A DNA stretch of 64,000 bases from Cenococcum geophilum (Eukaryota). The stretch's first letter is position 1. Each line of letters opens with the position of its first letter. The notes under the pieces were generated by a model, which was given only the letters and a program-made list of their open reading frames with translations, was not told the DNA's origin and ran no database searches. Shown one piece after another: positions 13,730 to 24,597 of the stretch. Where the stretch lies: positions 4,650,001-4,714,000 of the forward strand of contig CP158636.1 in assembly GCA_050273025.1 (NCBI GenBank), given 5' to 3'. The position numbers were made by a program, and so were the translations under genes.

Positions 13730-13899
13730 CGCGGGGGCTAATAAGGTAGATATATTTATCGATTATAGAGCTACTTCCGCGGATTAATTTAACGGTATTT
13801 TTAAGATAATAGCTGCTGTGGGGGTATAGATTAATTTTATTAAAAAAGGTAACTGCTCTATATATAAACAAAGTCGGATCGCTTAAGAAACGCTAGAAA

Positions 13900-14009
13900 A
13901 GTCTCTTAGACTATAGAATTAACTTTTTAATAAAAAAGGTTAGCGATATCCGCTTGCGGATATACGTATGTCCGCTAATTAATTCTATGGTCTGAGCTTG
14001 CTAAGGTAA
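13900..14009. mobile_element. Right terminus (TIR) of the DUF6589 element, TTACCTCAG family
   Basis: GTCTGAGCTTGCTAAGGTAA ends at 14009 and matches the right end of the 42726-44312 element. It has the same internal hairpin arrangement (CTTAGACTATAGAATTAA ... TTAATTCTATGGTCTGAG) and GCGGATAT/ATATCCGC subterminal motifs. Confidence 0.75.
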
Positions 14010-14866
14010 GTTTCCTTTCCTTATTTAGTATCGCTCAGTAGATAGTTTATCCGCCCCGACGCCCCTATATAGATTTGACCGCAGCTGTATTCCTTTTAAG
14101 CTTTCTAGCAATCCTCTTAAGTCTCTATAACAGCCGTATGTAGCTATTAATTCTTTGAATCCGATGCTTGTTTATTTAGCGTTTGTATATAATACATCGT
14201 CCTTGTGACATTTAGGTCCTTTCTACTATTACTACTTTAAGTTCTTTTTTAGTTCCCTAAAATACACCACGCTTAATTATTAGATTATAGCTTACTATCT
14301 AGTATTACCGATAATAAATATATAGATATAAATAGTAATAGTAATAGCTACGGGATAGAATCGACCGTCTTTAATAGTAATACTAATTACAACGTTAATA
14401 GTAGCATTAACTATAATACTAATAGTATTACTAGATCTAACAATGCTTATAAAGTGCCCGCTTAAGTATAGCTTTATAGAGATTAAAACTATCTATTAGA
14501 ATACTACCTTAAATAGTTAAAAGAGTTTAAGAAATCTAATTCTATAATATAGGACTACGCTAATAGTAGTATAAATCTCCTTAACTGCATTAAAGATTAT
14601 TAGTATTAGTAAGTAATAACCTATTTAGCGGCTTTTTTTTTGGCTTAACCTAAAGCTAATAATTTCTAGATACTGCATCTATATAGAAAAAGACCCCTAA
14701 GAAAACGTACCGAGTTCTCTTATTTTAGCTACTTTATAGCTTTTTTTTAACTAGCTCCTAAATTAGAAATAAGGGAAAAGGGGTAGAGAATAGTACGGGA
14801 TAAAGCTTTTTAGCTTGCTTAGCGTATGCTAAAAGTACTATCGCCTTATATATAAAAGAGCAACTA

Positions 14867-15416
14867 TAGTAAAATCTCCTTAATACGATATGGGGTATAT
14901 AACGATAACCTCTACATTACGATCTACACCCTTAATCAAGCCTTTTTTTGGTGTAATATTACGATAATCTAACTTTTGGCAATATTGTTAAGTGTCATAG
15001 GAGTCACCCACGCACGTTCGTCCCGTGACACCTGCGCACGTCCCACGACCACCCCTATTTCTTTGACCACGTTGACCTAACCTGTTCTGTTTCTGTATCT
15101 AAATGTCTTTATATTAACCACGCATAGTAACGCGTACGTAGCCTTCTTCAATTACTACCCCGTTTAGTACATTGTATTCCAGCTCGTGCCCACTTCCGTG
15201 ACATTAAGCACCTATTACCAATATTAGTATAACCAGTAGAGAATTTGTATGGGAGAGGGCCCTATTTAGCCCACGAGGTAGATATCCTAAGCCTTTTTAG
15301 GTATTAAGCTCCTTTTTTTCCTACTTTTTTTACCCAACACGTAACTCTTAATATAACAATACCATTGGTATTACAATCGGCCGAACAAACGATATCGTAC
15401 TAAAGAGATTTTACTA
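14867..15416. mobile_element. Tc1/mariner-type MITE containing a solo LTR
   Basis: Terminal inverted repeats TAGTAAAATCTCCTTAATACGATAT / ATATCGTACTAAAGAGATTTTACTA (probably RIP-mutated CAGT...ACTG), flanked by TA on both sides (14865-66, 15417-18). Confidence 0.75.
14993..15203. mobile_element. Solo LTR, 211 bp
   Basis: TGTCA...TGACA ends with a 5-bp TSD TTAAG (14988-14992, 15204-15208). Confidence 0.85.
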
Positions 15417-16209
15417 TAGTAGAAAAATTGCTAATAAATTAACCCGCTAGATATGTAAGGTAATTATATTTTTAATTAACTCTTTAACCTAGTAAAGTAA
15501 GGTAGAGCTAAGATATATTTTTTGGGTACTTTAGAAACTAGTAAAGAAATATAGCTTAAGTAATAAGAAGTAAGAAAAGCCCGTTATAGATATAGAGGAT
15601 CTCGCCCTACCTAATTAATATTAACGCAATCTATAATTTCTTTAAGTCGGTCTATTATAACTATCTATAAGTTACCGATTTCCCTTATATTTATATCTCC
15701 TTAAGACTTAAAGCTTAACCTCCTTGGCGTAGTTATAGGTAGTATCTTATTAACTATAGTTTTATTATAACCTTAGTAGTAGATATATAACAAAGCCTTA
15801 TAGTAGATACTATGGTAAACCTGTTAATAGGCTAGGTATATAGGTAAATATAATAATAAGATCTAACTATAGAGTAAGTGCCTAATAGATTAACTCTAAT
15901 TAATTCTAAGATTTACTATAAGAAGAGAATTATCTAAGGTAAGGATTATAATCCTTTAAATATATAACCTAACTTCTAAGAAATATACTACGTACGTTAG
16001 TACGTCGGTACGTTATATTTCCACGTTCTTACGTTTCTATATTCTAAGTTATAATCCCGTAATCTATTATATAACTTAACTACTCCTTATTCTATAGTTT
16101 AACTAATTCTAGTATCTCTTACGCTTCTACTACTAGTCCGTTTATATTCTCCCTAAGTAGTCGTACTACTGCTAATATAAGGTCCGTAATAAAATACTAA
16201 GTATAGCTA

Positions 16210-18531
16210 TATCCCTTAACCCGCCGAGGTGTAATGCTAAGCTGCACCGTGCACGAACACCGTGCTGAGCTATACGCGAGGCATTAATAGAGTATGTAAA
16301 CAGACCAAATAAGCTGCGATTTTTGCCCATTTCAATGCCATACAATGCCGCGCACATCTAATGATATCGACTACGTGAAGTGGAAAGATCCTCGCACCAA
16401 ACAATTAAAATAGCCACCGCTAGAGCCATGGGCTATACCGCCGTTCACTCCCTTTTAAATAGACAACTACTAGGACCTAAGAGAAGGCGCTGTCCCTTAA
16501 GGCGCTGATTATGGTGATCCTCTAGCCTTATTCCGCCTGTTCTTTACGGATAAGATGCTGGATAAGATGGCTAGCTGGACAAATGCGTACGCAGAGGCGT
16601 ATCCTGTGTCAGAAGAGGAAGCCCTAAAGGGTAGGGTAAGGCCATGGAAACTTACGTGCAGGCAGGAGCTCTACGCCTACTTTAGAGTCGTAATTTATAT
16701 AGGAATCACAATAAAGCCAGCCGTAGAGGACTACTGGGAGCCTATTAAAAAGGGTACTGCTTATAAAGTAACAGAGTACATATTAAGGAACCGGTTTAAG
16801 CAGCTTAAGCGCTACATTCGTTATAGTCCTATGCCAGAGAATGGCTTCCACACGACATTTAACCGCGTAGATGAGCTCTCTAAGCATCTACGGGTACTCT
16901 ATCGCAAATTCTAAAGGCCTAGCCTACACCTAGCGGTTAATAAGACTATCCAGAGGTTTATAGGTTGCGTACTTAAGATTATAAATATACCCAGCAAGCC
17001 TACGCCTGAGGGCTTTAAGATATAGGTCCTAGCTAACCAATCTTATGTCCTAGATTGGCTATAGCATACTAAAGGCGATAAAAAGGGCCCAGTTAACCTT
17101 AACAAGGCCTTCCTTAATAAGGGCTTTATAAAGACTTAGGCCGTAGTATTAGACCTCCTTATATAGCGCGATAACGTCACTAATAAGCGACTCTATCCAC
17201 CGGGTAAGCACGTAATGTGGCTTAATAATCTCTTTAGCAGCGTAAAGCTATTTAAATGGCTGTGAGAGCTAGGGATTAGGGTAGTAGGAATAGTTAGAAC
17301 AACACGTACACGGTGAGAGGAGCTAGAAGAGGAGGAATACAACGTCCAGAAAGAGATAATTAAGGTTAACTAGGTAGCTCTAGCTAAGTCTAAGTTATCT
17401 ACAGCTTATATAGCTCCTTTAAAGCAGCGTATAGAGCGGAAAAAGAAGGTACCTGTAGAGCGCTTCTTAGCATCACTTTCCGACCTTAAATTAAGCCATA
17501 ATACGCAGATTTTATAGGGTACGCTCTACGCAGAGTTATCTAAGAGTTACTAGGTAATGGAGTTTGCCTAAAAGGACGCTATAATAGTTCTTTTCCTATT
17601 TATAGTCTATGATGGTAGGTGTCTCTTTTTTAACACCGTGTCGCAGAGCCGCTAATGTTATATATTACTAGGTCAAAACTACATTGCGAAGCTTCGAAAG
17701 CGGCCTACTATAACGGCTATAGGCTACAGGCAGACTATTAAGATGTTTAGAAACAAGCCTAGAGCGGAATTGGATATACCTAACTTTATAGATAAATATA
17801 ATCTGTAAATATATAGCATAGACGTTGCTAACTAGCTAAGGTCTTACTATAACACTAAAAGAGTCCACCGGAAGATCTGGAAGCCTCTATTCTCCTTCCT
17901 ACTAGACACTATTATGGGTAACAGCTATTAGCTTTTAAACTATAGAGCCCCTGGCGTGCAAACAGCGCGACACTATACCTACCTTATATTCCGTCGCCGC
18001 CTACAAGATGCCCTCTTCCACGCCTCTATTTAAATTAGACACTACCCACCCTTATAAAAGCGAAAAGGAATAATAGACATTATATGGCGCCCGGTTAGGG
18101 AGCATCAACACTAGAAACTATGGCGAAAACAGGTCCTCTGCTCCGCCTGCACCGAAGCGCACCGTTCTGGAGTCATTAAGCGTCCGGGCTCTCGTAAGCC
18201 GCTCGCAGACTTATCTGTCAACACTACAATGAAGTCGCGAGAGGACAGTAGGGGCTGGAAACGCCGTACGAGGCCACCAAGAACAAGATTTGGCTATTCT
18301 GTGTGCCATATTCCGTTCTGCACGACGGGGCCTTGCTAGGAGGAACACCTGGCCAAGCTCAACTCCAAGGACTAGCCTACAAATATCTATCTACATAGAA
18401 AATCTTAAATTTAAATAACCTCATGTTGCTGCAGTTCTTATCACGGGCTCTATAAACTAGGTCAAACAAGAGCCTCTAGTTGGCTAATTCTTATTGATAA
18501 CTAAGAGCCAGAACCGGCGGGTTAAGGGATA
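16210..18531 (+). mobile_element. piggyBac-like DNA transposon (DDE_Tnp_1_7-type transposase pseudogene ~16330-18375)
   Basis: TIRs TATCCCTTAACCCGCCG / CGGCGGGTTAAGGGATA. ORF 16555-16914 (LFFTDKMLDKMASWTNAYA...ELYAYFRVVIYIG...DYW...RNRFKQL) is piggyBac-like. A WLNNLFSS motif (=DNLF) lies at ~17218, an intron at ~17614-17671, and a C-terminal Cys-rich CSAC...SVCHIPFCTTGPC*EEH near 18140-18350. Confidence 0.85.
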
Positions 18532-18634
18532 GAATAATATATATATATAAGGTAACTTTATTATCTAATACTTTATAAATTATTAAATACGAGTATATAT
18601 ATTAGGCTAGCAATATCTATTATTTCTTAGTTAG

Positions 18635-18718
18635 GGTCCTCGAAATCGGACTCTGCACCTATACATAGTGAGGCCTACGAACCTACTGGTCTTCGGACTC
18701 AGTAGAGCCAACGCAAAG
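18635..18718 (+). ncRNA. HDV-like self-cleaving ribozyme fold (probably mutationally damaged)
   Basis: P1 GGTCCTC(18635-41)/GAGGCCT(18670-76) with a G1.U wobble; P2 CTCTGC(18651-56)/GCAAAG(18713-18); P3 ACC(18657-59)/AGT(18667-69, GGT before RIP); L3 TATACAT with P1.1 partner AC(18677-78); P4 CTACTG-GTC-TTCG-GAC-T-CAGTAG; J4/2 GCCAAC with putative catalytic C18708. Confidence 0.7.
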
Positions 18719-19654
18719 ACGTCACACAGCTGCGGATAGGACCTGGTGGTGGTTGTGAGCGTTCTAGGCGGTGGTGAAAAAATTTTCAGATGGTGAGATC
18801 TCGAAAACCACTACTGTTGGCCCTCTACAATTCAGCTACACTGTTCTCCTATTCCAACCCTATATAATCCTCGCGGATACATACAGAATTTAACGTCCCC
18901 CAACCCCCAATTAAAAGCATCGACGACCTTACATTAATAAACAAACGCGGACGAACGAACGAACGAACAAGCAAATATACGGCCCCTCCTAACCCCTAGG
19001 GCGATCGCCCGCGGAGCATACGGTCACTCGCCATTAACTATCAAATACTAAGAAAAACCTAGCAGCCTGGACAACACCGTATGGTTTTCCTGTCTCCTTT
19101 TAAGGAGTAGTGACCCTTGGCGAGGGCCTAGTGACTAGGGCCTAGGCACAAAAGATACCCAGGCATACACGTCCCGCTCGCCTTATGGTATAGTATGGTA
19201 GTAGTTTATGGATAAATCCCCCTTACGCCTTCAATAGGCCCTAAGGGGGGGGAGGCATGGCGTATATGGCAATAGTCAGTAAGAGATAGCACATAGGGGA
19301 CGGTTAATAATATGGGAAACGACAACAACAATACACGGCGATCGATCGGCAAGGCCTGGCTAGGACGTAGTAAACCCCAGCTTAGGATAAGCTAGAGAGG
19401 GAAGCAGTGGTACCTAAGGAGTTTAAAACATCCAAGGAGACAGGACGTAGCCGTAGGCCCGTAGGGCCGCCGCTACGGACGGATATGGCAAATCGGGGTT
19501 TTTTATCCTACTGAGGTGGCTCATAGGGTTTTTCCTCCCCCAACCCAACTGCAGGGTTTTCTTCCTGTAAATACACAAGTTTTCCCCCTATGACGGAGTA
19601 GTCTGCGTGGGCCTAGATAGGATCCGTATCAGACGTTAATTAAAGAACTACTAC
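18635..19654 (+). mobile_element. Short non-autonomous non-LTR retroelement (internally deleted LINE/SINE-like), ~1020 bp
   Basis: 14-bp TSD TATTTCTTAGTTAG at 18621-18634 and 19655-19668. The 3' tail AAGAACTACTACTA is an (ACT)n repeat typical of Tad-group fungal LINEs. No long ORF. Confidence 0.8.
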
Positions 19655-19859
19655 TATTTCTTAGTTAGATAGAGGAAATAAATAACTTTTAATTGATTTC
19701 AATTATGGGTATATTTAAGTAAATTTAAGTTATAAGATATAGTGTTATAATAGAAGAGTTATTGCTTAATAAGAAATATTAAGTTTATATATAAAGGGCG
19801 CCTATAAGCTCTTAGACCCCTAGGGAGAAATTTCTCTTAGTATAATCTAATTGGCTTAG

Positions 19860-20117
19860 TGTAAGGGTTATTTTGACCCTTACTCGGGTGCATCGCCCGA
19901 GGGCCGCTTAGGGGTAGCCAAGGCCTAGCCGAAGGCTAGGCTTGGCACCTCCTTATAAGCATCTCAGGCTTGCAGCCCTTTCCCTCCTCATCGTTTCGTC
20001 TCTGTACTAGGCTATTGCCTACCCTTATTACCATATCGTCCTCTTCCATCGACTCTCCTTGTGACTCATGCTCGGCTTGCCTGCTCCCTACCGTACACCC
20101 TGGCAATGTGCCTTACA
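19860..20117. mobile_element. Solo LTR, 258 bp (same family as 47270-47675)
   Basis: TGTAAGG...CCTTACA ends with TSD CTTAG (19855-59, 20118-22). Confidence 0.85.
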
Positions 20118-20121
20118 CTTA

Positions 20122-20710
20122 GGGGCCGTTCGGTTACACCTCCATATTATAACCGAAATGGAGCTCAAATATGAATATAAGGGTGTCGTTCGGTAAATAT
20201 AACGACTTTTAAATATGGAGCTCCTCCATACCAGTAAGCGCGTCAAATTTGCAAGGTATACTGTATACAGTAGTTAAAATAAGGTTCTTAGCACCGTTTT
20301 AATATATAGCCTTAAGCTCCCGTTCCATATTCCATTTTAATGTAGAGCTCTCGCATACACGCTAAAGTAATGACTTCTTATAATATGGCAACTCTACACG
20401 CCATGATCGCGATACTTCTATCGCATTTACAAGCCTTAATATAATATAATTATTTTTAACCTTTATAGCCGCGATAAGCTTATTTCTAGGGCATTGTGGG
20501 CGTTGTGGGCGTCGCGGGTATCGCGGGCGTCACTGTAACTCTACTACGGGTCGCACGGGAGGAGGGCGAAGACGTAGAAAACGTCGATTGCAGAGAGGGC
20601 GTTGGCCGAGGAGGAGGCTCCATTGCTACACTAAAGTAGGGAGTCGCGATAGAGGCCTGGTGGGGCTCATTTAAATCCGGAACCTTATTATGGAGCCTTA
20701 CCGAACAATC
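20122..20710. mobile_element. Possible PIF/Harbinger (Tourist-like) MITE remnant
   Basis: The left end TTA-GGGGCCGTTCGGT...CTCCATA is imperfectly inverted with TATGGAGCCTTACCGAAC at ~20689-20706. The right TSD is not clear. Confidence 0.35.
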
Positions 20711-21104
20711 GACACAATTGCAGATTCAAATGAGTCATGGTAGTAGCCGCCACTAATTACAAAACGGGCGAAACTAAAAGGCGCACGGATTGAACAATTA
20801 TGAAATGGAGGCGATTTGCAACCGAACAACCCCTTCGGAGTTCGCAGAACTCCATAAGCGTAGCGCTAGCACAATTTCTCCCCAGGGTCTGATTTATGAG
20901 ATAACCAACATTAAGGAAAGCCGCCAGATCCTGCAATCTCATATCAATAAGCCCATTTACATCATAAAAGCAGCAGAGTCCTCTAATTTTGAAGTAGTAT
21001 AAGAATATCGTCGTGAACCTCATGCAATATCAATTGCCTGATGCTGTGAAGAACCCATATGCCCATCGAAACTTTACCCGTCAATGTCTTTGTCCCAAGA
21101 AGAC

Positions 21105-21819
21105 TCATACCAAAGCACCCTTCCGTCCGGTACCCCTCCTCACAGCCAGGAACGAGAGAACGGCACAGCTAACGCAGAGCGCAAAAGACATAAACATAAA
21201 AGCGGCGTCAGCCTCATTCTCCTTGCAGCGTGTATTCATATGGCTTAGGTCATCCATGAGACCGCACGCCTTTTCGCCTTTATACGTTATGCAACCGCCA
21301 TTTAACAAGTCATTTTCATACATTTTCGCTTGATTCTCAAGGGAGGTGCTAGAACAGGAAATGCCACGAAGCATAACCACGATTGCCTAAGGGGTTTACA
21401 GTTAGTTAAATCAATGCCATGTGATAAGGAAGGACAGCGACAAGGACAGGGACACGGAGGACTTAGTTATAGAATATTGAGTACAGAGGGGAGACGTACG
21501 ATGCCTCCTGCGAGGAAGAACAGACTTGCAAGTCCATCAATGGCGGCCATGATAAGGCCGCCCAGTGGCTCAATGAAGAGGGCTGCAACTCCAGCAGCAG
21601 CAGCTACCATGCCAAACCCGCCGGTAAATGCAGCATAATTTATCGCCGATGGAGGCCCGCCAACTACCTGGTCTTTAATAAGAGTCACGGCTAGTCCCAA
21701 GACTATTGCTGCAAATAGGATCTATTAAATATAAGGTTAGTTAAGCTCTTATACTTAATAATCAGTAACGGTAAGTGTAAGTGCACCTGAATAAATCGGA
21801 GAATGACAGTTACAATCAT
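21105..21819 (-). CDS. MARVEL-domain membrane protein (NCE102-like), 3 exons
   Basis: Exons 21819-21787 (MIVTVILRFIQ), 21721-21500 (ILFAAIVLGLAVTLIK...INYAAFTGGFG...IDGLASLFFLAGGI) and 21386-21105 (AIVVMLRGISC...RCKENEADAAFMF). Canonical GT-AG introns and four hydrophobic segments. Confidence 0.8.
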
Positions 21820-22819
21820 TGTGGTAGTTATACTTGTGGAATAATCGGAGTCCAATTTAGGAAGGATATCAAACAGCTAGAAGAGTGAGATATTCCTATA
21901 GGTTGGTATGACAGTCACGCGCAAAAGGTAAGTGAGTAATGCGCTCGTCGGAGTGGCACTTAAATTTACAACAGAATGCAAGTGGTTGTTTCTAAGTTAT
22001 GCGATGAGATATATCAGAGTGCACCTTACAACAGAGGGGACAGGACAGATATTTCAACACTAGGCACTTAAGGCAAGCGGCACGGGTTCACTGCCTCCCC
22101 CAGCATCACCACCGAACTGTTGGCTCAGCCTCTCCAATGGGATGTTGAATTTGTTCTGAAGGATGCGCTTAACGGGTTCTGCCTGCTGTTGCCTCAGCCG
22201 TGTTCATTTCAAATGTATTATAGCCAATTGACTAGACAGGGCTGCCTTGCCATTTGAGTTTCCCACGCATATGCCGTATTGCTGCGGCACGGGCACACTT
22301 GAAACGATTGTGTAACCCGGTCTCCCTGTGGAGATTGAGTTTGAGGTTGGTGTGACGGGCTATTCTAGCCCTGCAGGAGTGTGGCGAAGCTCTACGGGTT
22401 CTCCCCACTCCATGGTGGTAGAGTTATAAAAGATTGAGGTTCGTAGATTTTGGTAGGTGGCTCGATTTGGGGTTGGCTCGATCGGCTGGCTAAGACGTTA
22501 AGGCTATCTTACATTGAACTTACTGAGGTAACAAATCGACGACCGTGACGTCGCGCGATTTGGTGATCGGCGTTAGGCCTCCTGTCGATCGGATCAAATG
22601 GCTGAATTTATATTTGAAGACTGCTCGGCTTCTTATCCTTTGATGTCGCCTGAAGCTTGATCACCACTATATACTGCCTGTGGGAGTTGTTATATGGTTG
22701 ATCCGATCGTGAGGAAAATAAGGTCGGTAATAAGATGTCGTCAAGTATCCACAAAAATACATCAGGCCCGATCGCACTAAGTAACTTACCTAATTCGGAT
22801 ACATAAGCCAACGTAACGC

Positions 22820-22861
22820 AGGCTTAAAATACTCCGCTATTTTACGAAGTATTTTAAGCCT
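22820..22861. repeat. Short imperfect palindrome/hairpin
   Basis: AGGCTTAAAATACTCCG-CTATTTTA-CGAAGTATTTTAAGCCT: 17-bp arms with one mismatch. Confidence 0.7.
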
Positions 22862-23573
22862 TCATTATGCAAATGTAGGGGTCCCCTGTAGAGAGGCTTT
22901 TTATAACCGATTTTATGCGGATCGACGAGCCAGGGTGGTGTACGACGGCGTCAAGCCATTTGGTGTTGATCAAGGCCCTCAATCGGCAGCTTCAACTTCC
23001 TGATCAAACGACGTAAGCAAATTTGCAAGGATTGCGAAATGCGTCTATTGCTGAGCATCCATCTTTTAAAACATCTGATGTGTCCCCCTAGGCTTCGTAA
23101 TCTTGTACTAAGCTAGTTACCTTTTTTTGTGCTTGATTTACTATCTATTACACAGGTTCTTATAAGGGTTTCTTGTCAAGAATAAAGAATATTCAGATTA
23201 GGAAACATGTATTATCATATTCCTGCCGGAACAGGGCTATCTCATATAACTGAAGCCTAGTTTCTACTTCATAAATTTGGAAGGTGCTAGAGCAGGCAAT
23301 TAAGTTTTCAAATATAAAGCATCTCATGCCTCGGCATTAGCTGGTAAGCACATGAATTATTTCAAAAGCCATTATCTAGTCCAAGCCGCTTTTATCCTCT
23401 GCCTTCAAGTCAAAATTCAAACATGAGACAGCGTCAAGACCCATTGCGCTGAAACTGTAAACCCTCCCCAATAATGTCCCAGCACCCTCTGCCGGGACAA
23501 GCGCCCAAACTCCCCCATGCTAGTATAGAACATAAGTCTTTGCGGTAGATGTCTCACTCTAGTTTACAAAACG

Positions 23574-24369
23574 CTATGAGGATTCCGACTTCACTGTTTG
23601 CTGTCCAAGTAATCAGCTGTTGCATCTAAAATTCAGCAAGAAAGTATCCTTACCACCAGCCAATCCATCCCTTCGTCAACACCCCTCCCGTCAATAGCGG
23701 AGCATGCGACAATACTCCAGTTCCGGTCCTTCAACTCGCCCAACCTTAGAGCCTCAGATATCTCTCCAGCACCCTTTGCGCCCGGTTGATCTTGCTTATT
23801 GGCAAATACAAGCAACGCCGCGTCTCGTAATTCCTCCTCATTCAGCATAGCTGCGAGTTCTTCTGAGGCAGTTCCCAGCCGATCGATGTCCGTAGAGTCA
23901 ATAACGAATATCACAGCGGCAGTGTTGGCGTAGTAGCATCGCCAATAGGGGCGAATAGATGTTTGACCACCGAGGTCCTATTAAGGAAGGAAACATTAGC
24001 AGGTTTCATATAGGAGTAAAGGGAAATGCCTACCCAAACGTTTAAATTGAGGTTTTTATAAGTTACGGACTCAACATTGAAGCCAATTGTGGGTATGGTT
24101 GTTACGACTTCGCCAATCTGGCCATAGCGTTATCACATCAGCAGGAGTCCTGAGGATGTAGAAGGATCGTATAAGGTCCGAGGTACCTTTAGACGGTAAA
24201 GCAATGTCGTCTTGCCAGCATTATCCTATTCCAGACGATGTTCCATTAGTCCATGGATACTTTCGACGTTTGAACGTCGTGTGTGCAGACTCACCAGACC
24301 CAGGATCAGTATTCGTATCTCTTTTTTGGCCCACACCAATGTCAATAATCGTGAAAACGACCCGCCCAT
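23574..24369 (-). CDS. ARL1: ADP-ribosylation factor-like GTPase Arl1, 5 exons
   Basis: Spliced product [82 protein letters not shown]...FANKQD...[12 protein letters not shown]. It has a G2 myristoylation site and the Arl1-type [12 protein letters not shown] motif. Confidence 0.95.
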
Positions 24370-24558
24370 TATGGCTTCAGTACGTCCTTATTCTTCCCTT
24401 CAAGCCTCCCTACGGTGTAGAGCCAGTGAGACCGAGCAAATATCGTATTACTGTAGGTTTTACTAACTTAGCAATGAGGTAAAGAGACTGAAGATGTAGA
24501 AAGAATGGTTGTAGCAGATTTGAAAATGGTTTTACGACCTGGTCTCGGACGCTGACCT

Positions 24559-24597
24559 TTACCTCAGCAAGCTCAGACGCGATTCCGTTGGTGCGGA
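24559..24597. mobile_element. Left terminus of another TTACCTCAG-family element, split by the MULE (continues 44348-~44400)
   Basis: TTACCTCAGCAAGCTCAGACGCGATT is nearly identical to the start of the 42726 element. Its hairpin partner (GCACCACCGGAATCACGAC) lies at ~44380-44398, beyond the MULE. Confidence 0.65.

Larger units (their letters stand above)
14010..15990 (+). mobile_element. Partial LTR (ends TGTGACA at 14210) followed by a RIP-ruined gag-like remnant
   Basis: LTR-like 3' end followed by stop-riddled coding-like sequence whose frame is continuous across the MITE at 14867-15416. Family not determined. Confidence 0.4.

Noticed and set aside
22511..22531. TGAACTTACTGAGGTAA as another TTACCTCAG-family terminus
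   Set aside because: Only a short match, with no partner TIR, hairpin or TSD; it may be a promoter motif or chance.
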